Source: Camelus ferus
Taxonomy: Eukaryota
Length of the DNA stretch: 64,000 nt
NCBI RefSeq assembly: GCF_009834535.1
Contig: NC_045696.1
Coordinates: 106,022,001 to 106,086,000 of the forward strand
Reading direction: 5' to 3'
Shown here one piece after another: positions 25,373 through 38,999 of the stretch; the stretch's first letter is position 1, and every line of letters starts with the position of its first letter. The position numbers were made by a program, and so were the translations under genes. The notes under the pieces were generated by a model. The model searched no databases. It was not told where the DNA came from and saw only the letters and a program-made list of their open reading frames with translations.

Positions 25373-25848
25373 TAAACAAATTCTTTTTTAATGCTATTGT
25401 AAATGGAGTTATTTTCTTAATTTCCTTTTAGGATTTTTCATTGTTAGTGTATAGAAATGCAACTAATTTTTATGTGTTGATTTTTGTATCCTGCTACATT
25501 GCTGAATTCACTAATTCTAACATTTTGTGTGTGTGGGGGGTTTCTTAGGGTTTTCTGCATGAAATCATATCTGTAGTTAGATAGTTGTATTTCTTTTCTA
25601 ATTTGGATGCCTTTTATTTCTCTTTCTTGCTTAAATTCTTGGTGAGAACTTCCAAGTCCATGTGGAATGGAAGTGGCTAATGTGGACATCCTTGTCTTGT
25701 TCCTCATTCTTAGAGGGAAAACTTTCAGTCTTTCACCATTGAGTATGATGTTCACTGTAGATTTTTCATATGCGGCTTTTACTTTGTTGAGGTAGTTTCC
25801 TTTTATTCCTGGTTTGTTGAGTGTCTTTGATCACAAAAGGGTGTTGGT

Positions 25849-26470
25849 ATATCTAGAAGGAACCTTACTTCAAAAAGACACCTGCACCCCAATGTTCATA
25901 GCAGCACTATTTACAATAGCCAAGACATGGAAATAGCCTAAATGTCCATCAGCAGATGACTGGATAAAGAAGTTGTGATATATTTATACAATGGAATACT
26001 ATTCAGCCATAAAAATGACAAATAATGCCATTTGCAGCAACATGGATGTTCCTGGAGAATGTCATTCTAAGTGAAGTAAGCCAGAAAGAGAAAGAAAAAT
26101 ACCATATGAGATCACTTATATGTGGAATCTAAAAAAAAAAAAAAAAAAAAAAAGAACGTAAATACAAAACAGAAACAGACTTACAGACATAGAATACAAA
26201 CTTGTGGTTGCCAAGGAGGGTGGTGGGAAGGGATAGACTGGGAGTTCAAAATTTGTAGATACTGACAGGCATATGTAGAATAGATGAACAAGATTATACG
26301 ATATAGCACAGGGAAATATATACAAGATCTTGTGGTAGCTCACAGTGAAAAATGTGACAATGAATATATGTATGTTCATGTATAACTGAAAAATTATGCT
26401 CTACGCTGGAATTTGACACAACATTGTAAAATGACTATAACTCAAAAAAAAAGTAAAGAAAACCAAAAAC
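25849..26470 (+). mobile_element. Younger 5'-truncated L1 3' end inserted antisense to the host L1
   Basis: TSD aaaagggtgttggt (25835-25848) / aaaaggatgttggt (26471-26484); A-rich tail. Confidence 0.9.
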
Positions 26471-29400
26471 AAAAGGATGTTGGTTTTTGTCAGATGCTTT
26501 TTCTGCATCAATTGAGATGATCATGTGTTTTTTTTTGTCATTCCATTAATATATATTACATTGATTGCTTTTCATATGCTTATTCCTGCGTTCCAGGTAT
26601 AATTCTCACTTGGACATCATTTTAATATGCTGCTGAGTTTGGTTTGCTAGTATTTTGTTGAGGATTTTTGCATCAATGTTTATAAGGAATATTGGTCTTT
26701 AGTTTTCTTGTATTGTCTTTGTGTTGCTTTGATGTTAGGGTGATGCTGGCCTCCAAGAATAAGTTAGGAAGTGTTCCCTCCTCTTTAATTTTTTGTAAAT
26801 GTTTGAGAAGGATTGTTAGTAGTTCTTTAAATGTTTGGTGGAATTCCTCAATGAAGCCACCAGGTCCAAGGCTTTTTTATAATTGGGAGTTTTTTGATTA
26901 CTGATTCAGTCTTATTACTAGTGACAGGTGTACTAAGTTTTTCTGTGGTTTTTTTTTTGTCATTTAGTGCTAGTAGGTTTTGCATTTCTAGGAATTTGTC
27001 CATTTAATTTCATTTTGGTTATCTAATTTGTTGGCAAGCAGTTGTTCATAGTACTCTCTTATACTTTTTTATAATGTCCCCACTTTCATTTCCGATTTTA
27101 ATAATTTGAGTGTTGCCTTTTTTCCTCTCCATTACCTAAGTACTTGTCAGTTTTGTTGATCTTTTCAGATATCTTTATTTCATTGACTTTCTCTGTTGCT
27201 TTCCTATCATCTATTTCCTTTATTTCTGCTCTAATTAATCTTCATTATTTTCTTCCTTTTGCTAGCTTTGGGTTTAGTTTGTTCTTTTTCTAGTTCCTGA
27301 GTAGTAAAATTAGGTTGCTAATTTGAGATCTTTCATGTTTTTTAATGTAAACTGATAACTAAATTTCACCCTTAGCACTGCTTTCACTGTGTCCCATAAG
27401 TTTTGGTATGTTGTGTTGTCATTTTCATTCATCTCTAAGTATTTTCTAATTTCTTTTGTGATTTCTTCTTTCATCTGTTGATTATTTTAGAAGTGTGTTG
27501 TTTAATTTCCATAAATTTATGAATTTTTGTTTAACTTATGTTCCTGATTTCTAACTTCATCCCTTTGTGGTCAGAGAATGTACTTTGTATGAAATCTATC
27601 TTTTAAAATCTATTATGACTTAATTTGTGGCTTAACACATGGTCTGTCCTGGAAAATGTCCCCTGCACCCTTGGAAGACTGTATTCTGTTGTTGGGTAGA
27701 CTGTTCTTTATAAATCTGTTAGATCTGGTTGGTTTAATTGTGTCAAATACTCTGTTTCATTACTTCTGTCTGATTGTTCTATTATTGAGAATGGAGTGTT
27801 AAAGTCTCCAACTATTATTGTAGAACTGTTTCTTCCTTCAGTTCTTTCAGTTTTTGCTTCATATGTTTTGGTTGTTAAGTGCGTAAGTATTATAATTGTT
27901 ACATATTCTTGCTGTATTAATCTTTTATTAATATGTAATGTCCTTGTTGTCTCTAGTAAACTTTTTAAAACTCATACTAATATAGCCACCCTTGCTTTCT
28001 TTTGGTTATTATTTTCATGTAATATTTTTTACCATCCTTTCACTTTCAACCTCTTTGTGTCTTTGGACCCAAAGGGGGTCTGTGTTAAACACACATAATT
28101 GCCTCATATTTTTAAAAAATTCATTCTGACAATCTGTCAAGAGTTTAATCCATGTACATTTGAAGTGATTACTGATAGGTAGGGACTGACTTCTGTCATT
28201 TTGTTGTTTTTCATAAAATCTTATGGCATTTTTGTTTATTTCCTGTATTCTTTTGTGTTTAGTTGATTTTTTTTATGTGGTGAAATATTTCTCTTTACTT
28301 TTTTTTGTGTGTGTATATTTCTATCACTATTTTCTCTGTGGTTACCATGGGGATTACATTTAACATTGTAAAATTATAACACTCAAGTTTGAATTTATAA
28401 CAGCTTAACTTAAATAACAAAAACTGCTCCTTTACAGCTCCACCCTCACCTCTTTCAGTTGTCACTGTTGTACAATTATGTCTTTATACATGTGTTCCCA
28501 AAACCATAAATTAATAATTCTTTTAAATGAATTTAGTCTCTTAAATTAGGTAGAGAATGAGATGTAATGTTATAAACCAAAGTTAAAAAAATGTTAGCTT
28601 TTAGACTAATGATTGCTTTTTAAACAATTATCTGTTTATTAAATCATGTAGAAAACAAAAAGTGGGACTTACAGATCTTTGTTGTAATGTTAGTAGCTAC
28701 CTTTGATAATTGCCCATTTATTTGCCATGACATTTACTTGTATTGGTATCTTAAGCTTATTTTCATATGGCTTTGATTTACTGTCTAGTGTCCTTTCATT
28801 TCAACCTGCAGGACTCCTTTAGTATTTCTTGTACGGCAGGTCTAATGGTAACAAACTCCTTCAGCTTTTGTTTATCTGGGAATGTCTTAATTTTTTCCTC
28901 ACTTTTGAAGAATAGTTTTGCCAGATGTAGGATTCTTGATTGACAGTTTCTTTCTTTTAGCACTTTGAATATTTCATCTCACTACCTTCTGGTCTCCAAA
29001 ATTTCTGTTGAGAAATCTGCTGGTAATCTTATTGGTGATTCCTTATATGTGTTGGGTCACTTTTCACTTGCTGTTTTCAAGATTCTCTCTTTGTGTGTCT
29101 TTCAAAGGTTTACTTATAATAGTTCTTGGTGTAGGTCTCTTTGAGTTTATCAAGCTTCTTGAATGTATATATTCATATCTTTCAACAAATTTGGGAAATT
29201 TTCAGCCATCATTTCTTGAAATAGCCTCTCTGCCACTCTTTCTTCCTTTTCTCCTTCTTGGACTCCCACAAGTCATATATTGGCCCACTTGATGATGTCT
29301 CATAGGTCCTTTAGGCACTGTTCACTCTTCAATTTTTTTCTTTCTGTTCCATTAATTTTTTTTTTCTGTTTCTTAGACTTGATAATTTCCATTGTCCTGT

Positions 29401-32400
29401 CTTCAGATTTACTGATTCTTTCTTTTGTATGCTCAAATCTGCCTTTGAATGCCTTTAGTGAGATGTTCATTTCAGTTGTTGTACTTTTCAACTCCAGAAT
29501 TTTTCATTTCTTTTTAGGTTTTCTGTCTTTCTTTATTGATATTCCCATTTTGTTCATGTATTGTTCTCTTGATTTTTCTCCACACCTTCCTTCAGTCTTT
29601 TGAATATCTTTAAGATGGCTGTTTTACAATCTTTGTCTAGTAAATCTGCTGTCAAGTCTTTTTTTTTAGGAACAGTTTGTTGATTTGTTTTTTTCCTTTG
29701 AATGGGTCATACTTTCCTAATTCTTTCTATGCCTTGTTACTTTTTGTTGAAAACTGGACATTTGAATCTAATAATATGGTATCTCTAGAAATCAGATTCT
29801 CCTCCTTTGCCAAGGTTTGCTGGGTTTTGTTTCTGTTTGTTTGTTTTAAACTGTTGTGGTTGTCTCTGTGCTGAGGATCAGTGTGAGGTATAAACTGAAG
29901 GTCTTTTTTAGCTTGTACCTTTCTGTGGGCATATGCAGTTACTTTCTAATTCCCCACAAATGCATTTGCTTTTATTTTTTATTTTTTGCATTTACTTTTG
30001 AATGTCCTAGTTTTTAATATTTGTCTCCCAAAAGAGGAAAAAGAGAAAAGCAAAGAGGGGAAGAAAAGGACAATGGCCATTTAAATTCCCTGGAAATCAC
30101 TTTAGCCAGAATTGGAAGGGGCTTATAACAATGGGAGGAAGTACAAGACCCCTGCCTCTTTGCTCCTCTGATATCAGAAGCAGCAATCAGTGATCAGATC
30201 ACAGAATCGAGATATTTGGGTAAGAGTCCTTTTTGCCCACCCTGACTCACACAGACTGGGTGCAAGCTGCTCCTGGTACACTGTGCATAGCTGCCTGCCT
30301 TAAGACTGAGGATGGGGAACGGGTAAGTGCTGAGTGCTGAATTGACTGAAATTAACCACAAATTATCATCTAAGCCTTCCCTGGAATTTGCAAGCCTTAA
30401 TAGACTTAGAGTTCTAAAATAGTTAACATGAGACAGATTCTGCCAGTGCAATTGTTTTCTAGGCAGGGAGACGCATTCCTGGTGCTTCCTACTCTGCCAT
30501 CTTCCCAGAATCCTCTCCTCCTGAATGTGAAGAAATGGATGATTTCAGATTTGGGACAGAGCTGTTTCAAGATATCAGACAACAAGGAAGCTATTAAAGA
30601 CTAGTAGGATCGTATCAAAAGGATAGATTTGAATAGGTTCCCACCAGTCAAAGATAACCACATGAGCTTCAATAATATTATATAATAATTGCAATGAACT
30701 GACACTCATAAAATACATTTAAATTCATGGCCTCATACTGGTACTAGATTTTTTAAAAAGAATTGTCTTCAGAAGATAAGGAACCAACTCATTTTCTTGA
30801 AAATTGGTAAATAAATGGAAGCACTATTAATTTTGGACCTTCTTGAGATACTGAAATGACTCAGAGGAGAGGAAGCCAGGTTTCAGTTTGTGGGAGAGGT
30901 TTACTTCTGGTTCACCCAGTCCTGAGAATTATAGCCTTTCAAGGTAACAACTTCAAATGGGAGTAGAGAGGTGGCTTTGATTTGTAGCATTTATTTTCAT
31001 TGCTCTTCCTTTGAATTTGGCAGATGCCTTCAGGGAAAAAAGTGAGTTTTCATCTTGATTTTTTTTTCCCCTTGGTAATGTCATTATCTTGTTATTTCTT
31101 TAATGCTTATAAGAAGAAAACATTTTTAAACATTTTTATTCAGCTTTCTTCATTGTCCTTTAGAGGCAGAGTTACCTACCCTAGTATTACCAAAAAGTGA
31201 TCATGGAACTTAGTCTACTGATCTCATGGAATTTAGTCTTATCTAGATGAATTCATGTAAAAAACTTGTATCAGATAATTAGCTGAGTAATTTGTAGATA
31301 AAGTCCAAGATAGTGTACAATGGTATGATTGATTAGGTAAGATCTATTTTGTTTAGCATACTTACATATATAGCAATGACTACCAATCATCTATAAGTTT
31401 CTATGTGCCAGTTACTTGTTCCAAATACTTTTTGTGTGTTGTCTGACTTAATTCAGCCTATGAGATATAGGTATTAGTATGTTTTCTGTTTTGCAAATGT
31501 AGAAACCAAGGATCAAAGATGTTAATGAGTTTTTCCATATCACAGAGTTTAATAAATAGTTAAGCTGATAGTCACTCAGGTCACCTGACTCTGAGCTCTA
31601 AACCTTCATACTTTACTCTTTATAGTGCTATAAGATCATATAACAAGAGGACCTCATCTAGTCATGGGACCAGGGGAGATTTCCCTGAAGAAGGAAATTT
31701 GAGTCAAGATCTGAAAATCAGGTAGGAGTTAACTAAGTGAAGAGGATAAGAGTGCTTAGGCCTAGAACCTAGAGGAAGATGACACTTTGAAGATTTGAAA
31801 GAGGCCTCGTGTGGCTGTTAGGGAGATTGTCAGAATACAAGAAGAGTCTATTACATTGATATATGCCTACCTTATGTCTGGTCTACAGGCATTTTCTTCC
31901 CAACTCTGACTGACTCCTGATGGTAGTAGTAGTAGGAAGAACACAGCATCACCTCTGAAGTATTCTTGGCAAATAATACTGAACCTGATTTAATAAAACC
32001 TCTGAATGTAATCAGTTTACAGGAAGTAGGGGATGGAGAAATATGTTAAATGGTAAGAATACAATAAGCCCAACTGAAATGTCAGTTATTCTGTAAGACA
32101 AATGGCCTTCAACACATAAATGGCAGGTTTGAAAAAAAGAAGTGTGGAGATAAGCAAGTGAGACTTTCAAATTAAAAGAAATTTAAGAGTGCTATATGTG
32201 GAACTTGTTTGGATCCTGATTTGGGGAAAAAATTTGAGCATGGACTAAATATTAGTGATTAGTAAGGAATTGTTGATTTCATCAGATGTGACAATGGTAT
32301 TGAAGTTACATTTAAAAAGAGTCTGTTTGTTAGAGATGTATACTGAAGCAGTAAGTGGGTGAGGAAGAAATGAAAGAAGTACAGAAAAAAGTTGGTTATC

Positions 32401-33531
32401 CTTGAAACTAGAGTAATGAATACATGGGTTCTTGTACTCTTTCTCTACTTTTGTGCATTTTTGAGAATTTCTCTATAAAGAAAAGTGTAAAAACTAGCTA
32501 AAAAGTGGTAGTTACTGAAGTTGACTAATATTCCCAAAGTATCTTAATTTAAAATACAAGTGGGAGGGATAAGCATGGTGATGATTGAGCTGTTGAAGGA
32601 GTCCAGAGTTTAAAGAGGAGAGAGTACTCTATGATGTCAAGCAGCAAAAATGACAGAATTTGAGAATTTGTAACATGTCACCAGGTTTAGCTGAAAATGA
32701 AGTATTGGTGACTAGTAAATTGTTTAGTTGGATTTTACTATCTAAAGCAGATGTGGAAGGACAGAGGGTTCTTTGCAAGAAATGCTGAACTGCTAACAAA
32801 TCCTGGGAAGATCATTTTGTTTCTCTGGGTCTCAGATGCTTATGGCACCTGACATATTGGTATGGTTCTCCCATCACTCTCTCCTGTCAGGCGTGGACAG
32901 CTAGAGATTTTGGATTAAACAATTTCCAAAGTTCTCTCAAGCTCTAAGATTACATGATGCTAATGAATGTGTGTGGGAATGTGTGTGTGTGATTGTACCT
33001 CTGAAAAGGAGGAATTAGATATCAGAATCCAAGGAAATTTTTTCCTGTAGAATCACAGTCTTAGGCAACAAGAGCAAGTGATGGTAGGGTGGACTGAATC
33101 AGAATCCTTTGTTGCTGGCTTCTGATCTGCTTAGAAGTAAAGACCACCTAAGAATATGCCAGTCCATTCACCCTTGGAGTTAGTCCAGTGAATTGTTGGA
33201 CTGTTCTGTACCTTTGCGTTGGACACAATTCTTTTAGTATTTTGGGAAGCAGCTTCCAAAAAATAAGTTAGTTTATTAGCATAGCCTGCTTTTCACATTA
33301 TCTAGTTAAAACAAATAGTTTTCTTTGTGTGTATGTGTGTAAAACTCCATGTTTTCTTTCTAGAGGAGAACATTATAAGATAGAGTTTATTCTAATCATT
33401 CTTAAAATCAGTTTTCTTAGAAGTTGTAAAAGTTTTGACTTAGGAATGCTTTAATTGCCCAAGAATAGTAGGTTCCTTTAAATAATAATTTTCTTTTAAC
33501 ACCTTTTGTACTTTTCTCTTTTTTAATTTAG

Positions 33532-33657
33532 GCAAGTTACAGTTTTTTATTGCCAATCCCTACTTCTTTTGACTCTACAAAAGAAACTATATCTACAGCA
33601 GCCCCTAAAGCCCAGGAATCCAGCAAATCATCAGACAGACTCATGACTGAAAAACAG
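33532..33657 (+). CDS. CEP70: CEP70 exon [42 protein letters not shown]
   Basis: Long pyrimidine tract plus ttag at 33531 and donor CAG|gtaaac. The 3' half aligns with recalled human [23 protein letters not shown]. The 5' boundary is less certain than the 3'. Confidence 0.8.
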
Positions 33658-35516
33658 GTAAACTTCAGATAGTTGAAGCCACTGTTTCTCAAAGTATATG
33701 TCAAAGAGTGCCACACCTACAAATGTGAACAGTCTTACTTTAAGAGGCTTCTTTAGTAAAATCATTTTGGAAAATGATGGTTTAAAGATTATTGAATGAT
33801 GTTAGTATAAGACTTCACAATACTGTCAGTCTCCAAAAGGAGGCTTTAATATAGAGTATTTCCTACTTATTTAGCACTAATCTGATGAATGTTTCATTAG
33901 CCTGGTGTTCTGGAGTACATACTTTGTAAAATGCCATTCTCAACTATTTTCAGAATTTGCAAACAGTTATGTTACTCTCTCTTAAAAGAGTTATCAGGGA
34001 ACAATATGTATCATTTGGTCATTCATAACGCATGCCATTATTATTTACAGAGCATTTTGTTTTTATGAGTCATAGTAGACATCCACTTAGATACCCACAC
34101 AGAGCTTTTGGCTTCTAAAACAGATACCAGCAGTAATTTTACTTCTATATTATTAATCTTTGTGACTTGACGACATAAATAAGGGAAAACAAGGGAGGGA
34201 GGAGAATTATAGACTGGATAAAGAAGAAGTCAGCAATCAAAAGATTTGTTTGATGCTGTGAGTCACAGTCATCTGAATAGTTTGTTTTGTCTTGATAGTT
34301 TTTTTAATTGAAGTATAATTGATTTATAGTATTATATTAGTTTCAGGTGTACAGCATAGTGAATATTTTTACAGATTATACTTCATTAAAAGTTATTACA
34401 CGATAATGGCTGATTCTGTTGCTATACAGTGTATCTGTGTTGCTTATCTATCTTGGTAGATTTTTTTACTATCTGAGGGGCATTTGGATGTGGAAAGCAA
34501 TACTTTTATTTGTACTTTCAAAAGTAGTCTAAATTATTAAACCTTAAAGCTATTATAATATTTATATACTGTACAGTCATAAAAATGTATTGTGTAAATT
34601 TTTTCAAACATTTAAATAGATTAAAAATTCACTCAAATTACCTTTTCACAAATATACTATACAAGATACATAAAGTATTTTAAAAAGCACACAAAATCCC
34701 TCCCACAGTGATTTCAAAATTGATCGTTGTACTTACATTGAGCCCATTATAAAACTATTAGTATGGTGGATTTAAATGTGTCATTAAAAAATCATATATA
34801 TTTCTATTCTAATCTAAGTATTTTATGTCCTTATTTTCTTCCTTGTTAGGTTTTTATTTATTTAACCTAGTGAGTTAGAGTTCCCTTCTCAGGTTTATAG
34901 TGTAAATACATGTTTAGAATCAGGGATACAAAACTTAAAGAGTGTCTTTCAGAGTGATTCTACTAGAATCAGTTACCTTGATGAACAGACTCTTTTCATA
35001 GTTAGGCCTTGTCCATTATTACAGGAAACTATCTAAATTATTGGCTCCAACCAGGCAAATGTTTGATTTCGTTGTGACCCCAGGCAGTGTTAAAGTGACA
35101 CTTGTTCCTGAGTGACTCACCCTTTCTTTACTATTCATTAACATAATCTAATTTGCAGCTTTTTATTTTGAGTGGGGCCCAGTCTTGTTCAGTTACATCA
35201 AAAACCTGAGATCTGTTTGGTTCACTGAAATTACAAGTTTTTGTTCTTTTTTTTGTTTAAATTTATCCATTAAGCCCTATAAGTGAGTATTCTGAAATTA
35301 TATAATTAATTATTTATGCTTATTTTCATTCTTTTTAGTCTGCTAATTTTGTTAAAAACAAATTTGTTTTAATTTTAACCATTATATGGGCATAAAAATT
35401 CATATTAAAGCTTTTAGAGAAAGTTCTGTTATTCTGAAAACAAAGGAAATTATATACAAGAGGGTATTTCTTTACTTTATATCTTCAAGTTGATCTTTTT
35501 CTCTGTGTAATTGTAG

Positions 35517-35607
35517 CAGGAAGAAGCAGAATGGGAAAACATAAATGTGCTGTTGATGGTGCATGGCTTAAAACCTTTATCTCTAGTCAAAAGAACAGAT
35601 CTGAAAG
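35517..35607 (+). CDS. CEP70: CEP70 exon [30 protein letters not shown](D)
   Basis: AG/GT flanks, 91 nt, matches recalled CEP70. Confidence 0.95.
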
Positions 35608-35733
35608 GTAATCAGATCCTATTCTTGCTCCTTATTAATAAAAAGCTTCTTTTTTCCTTTAAAAATTTTTTATCTTAAATTTTTTTCCTTTACCTTTATT
35701 TTTACTCTGTGTATTACATTTTTTAAAATGTAG

Positions 35734-35857
35734 ATCTCATCATTTTTGATAAACAGTCATCACAAAGGATGAGGGAGAATTTAAAAACTTTGGTGGAAGA
35801 AACATCACGTCAACAGAACATGATCCGGGAGCTCATAGAAACTAATGAACAGCTTAA
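35734..35857 (+). CDS. CEP70: CEP70 exon [40 protein letters not shown](K)
   Basis: AG/GT flanks, 124 nt, phase-consistent. Confidence 0.95.
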
Positions 35858-36181
35858 GTAAGAAAATGGAAAAGAATCTCTTTTGAATTGTTTGTATACA
35901 AGTAGTATGCATTCTAAACATAATTCCCTTGAAAAAAAATCTTGACATTTAATTTTCCATCTTGATTAAATATTAAATTAAGATATTTTAATAGATAAAT
36001 CTTTTGGTAGTAGCTTAGCTTAGACGTGTAATGGTAACCATATATTTTTTCTATTGGTTTGTGTTATAAGACAGAAATTTTAAGAATGCAAAGATATTTT
36101 AGAAACTCATTATGTTGTTAGATGGATATGTTTGTTGTTATGATTTGATTACTAAGGGAAGGGTTATGTGTCTGTTATTAG

Positions 36182-36362
36182 AAATGAACTTCAGATAGAA
36201 AAAAGCCGAGCAGCAGATCAGGAACAACGAGCTAATGACTTGGAACAAATTATGGAGAGTGTGAAATCCAAAATTGGTGAAATGGAGGATGAATCCCTAA
36301 GTAGGGTTTGCCAACAACAGAATAAAATAAAAGAACTTCAAAAGGAGCAAAAAGCTTTACAG
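36182..36362 (+). CDS. CEP70: CEP70 exon [60 protein letters not shown] (coiled coil)
   Basis: AG/GT flanks, 181 nt; lies in ORF 36168-36485. Confidence 0.96.
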
Positions 36363-38999
36363 GTACTGGGTTTTACATTTTCTTACAAAACAGTGTTAAA
36401 ACGGCTCATCAAGGTCCCACGTGACTTCTGTGTGCTTAGTTCAATTCTCCTTTTCTTACTTGACCTGTCATTGTTGCTGCCTTGAGATTCTTTCTTTGCT
36501 TGGTTTCCAGAACATCCTCTCTCCTGGTTTTCCTCCAGCCTCACTGGTTATTCTTGAATTCCTTTGCTAGTTCTCTTCCTCCTAACCTCTTAGTGTTGGG
36601 ATTCCCAGACTCATTCCTTAGACCTTTTTTCTTTCTTGTATATTCTCACTCTCTTGCAAATTCACAGCATCTTTTAATCTAATAGCCCAGACCTCTTCCC
36701 TCAATTCCAGACTCACATCCTACTTGCTACTTGATGTCTCCACTGGACATCCAATAGGCACCTAGAACTTTTTTGCATGTCTGAAACTGAGTTCCTGAAT
36801 TTCCTCCCCAGACTTTCTTCTTTTAGTCTCTACTCAGGTCCAAGTCACCTTCATTTCTTTCCTGCTTCTCTCTTGGTTTTGCTACTTCCACCCTTCCTTT
36901 TTTTTAACTTGCTCTCAACATAGTAGCTCAAAACATTCCAATGACTTTCCTTTTTTTTTTTTAAAGAGGAAAATCCATAAGTCTCACCATGGCTTACCAG
37001 GTCCTACATGATCTGGCCCTGTGTTACCTTCTGGCTTCATCTACTCTACTGTACCTCTTGCTTATTCTACTCCAGCCACACTGCCTTTCTTGCTTTTCAT
37101 TGAACATTTTTCTGGAACAGTCTCATCTCAGGGACTTAGTGCATTTTGTTCTTCCTTTTTTCTTTGCTATGCATGCTTTTTAAAAATAGCTTCATGGTGT
37201 GTTTACTCTCTACTTACTCAGTTGTCACATTACCATCTCTCAGGGATTCCTTTTTTGACTACTTTACTTACAATTGGCAGTCCTGTCCCTCACATATCGT
37301 ATTGCCTTCCCTGCTTTATGTTTTATCCATAGTTCTCACCACCATGTAACATACTAACATACTTTGTTTTGTTTGTATATCTCCCTGTGTTAGAATGCAA
37401 GCTCCATGATGGCAAATATTTTTCTCTGTTTTGTTTCAGGCTAAAAAAGTGTTTGCTTTATTATTAGTTGTAGATGCTCAATAAATATTTGAGTTATTGA
37501 GTTAAATACATAAGGTTTGTATGGAATATACTTTGTGATTTTAAGTTTTGTTACTTTTCTTTTTATAGAAATAGCAATATTATAACATTGAATACTTAAT
37601 TTCCTAATTTTAAAAAACCCTTATTTTAAAACTTGGGTGTTTTTGTGATTAAAAGAAACAAACCTCTTGTAGTGATAACCAGTGTTTTGTTGTGTAAGAC
37701 ATTACAAATACTTAGAAACATTATATCATTATAAATATTAAGTCCTTATTTTGAAATTTTTTTGTTGTCACAACGCTATATGTACTTACTGCACACAGGG
37801 TGTTTAGCCTGCCTAAAAGGGACCAGTACTCATCAGGCAGGGTCTAGACATCCCCTCAGTTTATGCTGGCAGCATCAGAAGGATCTGATGAGTTAATATA
37901 AATTCCAAGGTCAGAGAGAATCAACAAGAGATACTTGGGGGTTCTGATGTGAGACCACAGGCCGTTGGTGTTCTGCCCTCATTTAGGCTGCCAATTTGGG
38001 GTGGCCAATGGTGCACCTGCTGGTGTTGATCACAGCTTCAGAGAAGACACTGTCATTCTTTGATGGCCAAGTCTGTTTCTGTTATTCATCTGTCAACAAA
38101 ATCCTCTACTGTTAGAACTTTACACTTTTAGGTTTGCTTTGTTAGACTGCTCTCCTCATCAGTGGTACGTTCTAAAATCTCTCTACACAGAGGGGGATTT
38201 TGGAAATATTTCTGTATATATTTGATTTTGACCTTGCTCTCAGATACAGGGCGTGTGGAAACCTGAAGCTCTTTAATTCATCAACCTGCTAACGTGAGAA
38301 AAGCAGCCATCAGGTGGTGCTGACAGAGGTAGCTGAGGGCTAGGGGTTAGATCACTGTTCTTTTTTAAGGAAGATATTTATTTTTTCAAAGAGATTCATA
38401 TATAAATAACCAAAGAGTCAAATTATTAAGATATAAAGAGGTTGTTATATATAAATAATCACAGAGTCAAATTATTAAAATATAAGACTTGTAAATTTAC
38501 CAGAGTTTTAGGCAATTCAAAGAACAGATACTTGAGGATTCGTTGGTAAGGGTGACTTGAGTGGAGTGGCATATATTTCCTGTCAGGTGGTTCTGTCTAA
38601 TATAAATGAGTTATGGGCCATTAACTTTTTGTTTCAGGTCCCAGAGATGTGTTACATAACTTGTAAACTGGTACAGAGGAGGTCTCATGTTTCAGTCTAT
38701 CATTGGGGGCAGACAGAATTAGGATTGGGGTGTGGAAACTTGGTGTTGGGGAAGGTGTCTATGCTAATCTGGTCAATTGAAATTGCTTGCTTTTTTGTTT
38801 TTTAAGTCCCTAAAGGGTAGTTTTTATAGCATGTCAACAGAAACTGACAAACCCAAGGAATTGCTGCCCCTCAATGTTGTTCGATTGTCCCATTCTATTA
38901 TAGACTAGTCGTCATATATTCTGTTTCTAGTCAATCTGTGCTTTTTTGGGGAAGATTGAAGTGCTCCTGGAGAATAATTATTTCACAGTTTGAGGCACA

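Larger units (their letters stand above)
23575..30520 (-). mobile_element. Near full-length decayed L1 (3'UTR, ORF2, spacer, ORF1, 5' region)
   Basis: Minus-strand ORF fragments: ORF2 ([43 protein letters not shown]) and ORF1 (GRFEHTKERISKSEDR); many stops and frameshifts. Confidence 0.9.

Noticed and set aside
23575..30520. Possibly active full-length L1
   Set aside because: ORF1 and ORF2 are broken by many stops, frameshifts and nested insertions
36363..36485. ORF continuing 40 codons past the CEP70 exon
   Set aside because: Intron read-through into L2-like sequence; a canonical donor at 36363 keeps frame with the next exon
37790..38350. Moderately GC-richer intronic block, possible pseudogene or ERV internal fragment
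   Set aside because: No sustained ORF or recognisable peptide, polyA tail or TSD; cannot be assigned without a search
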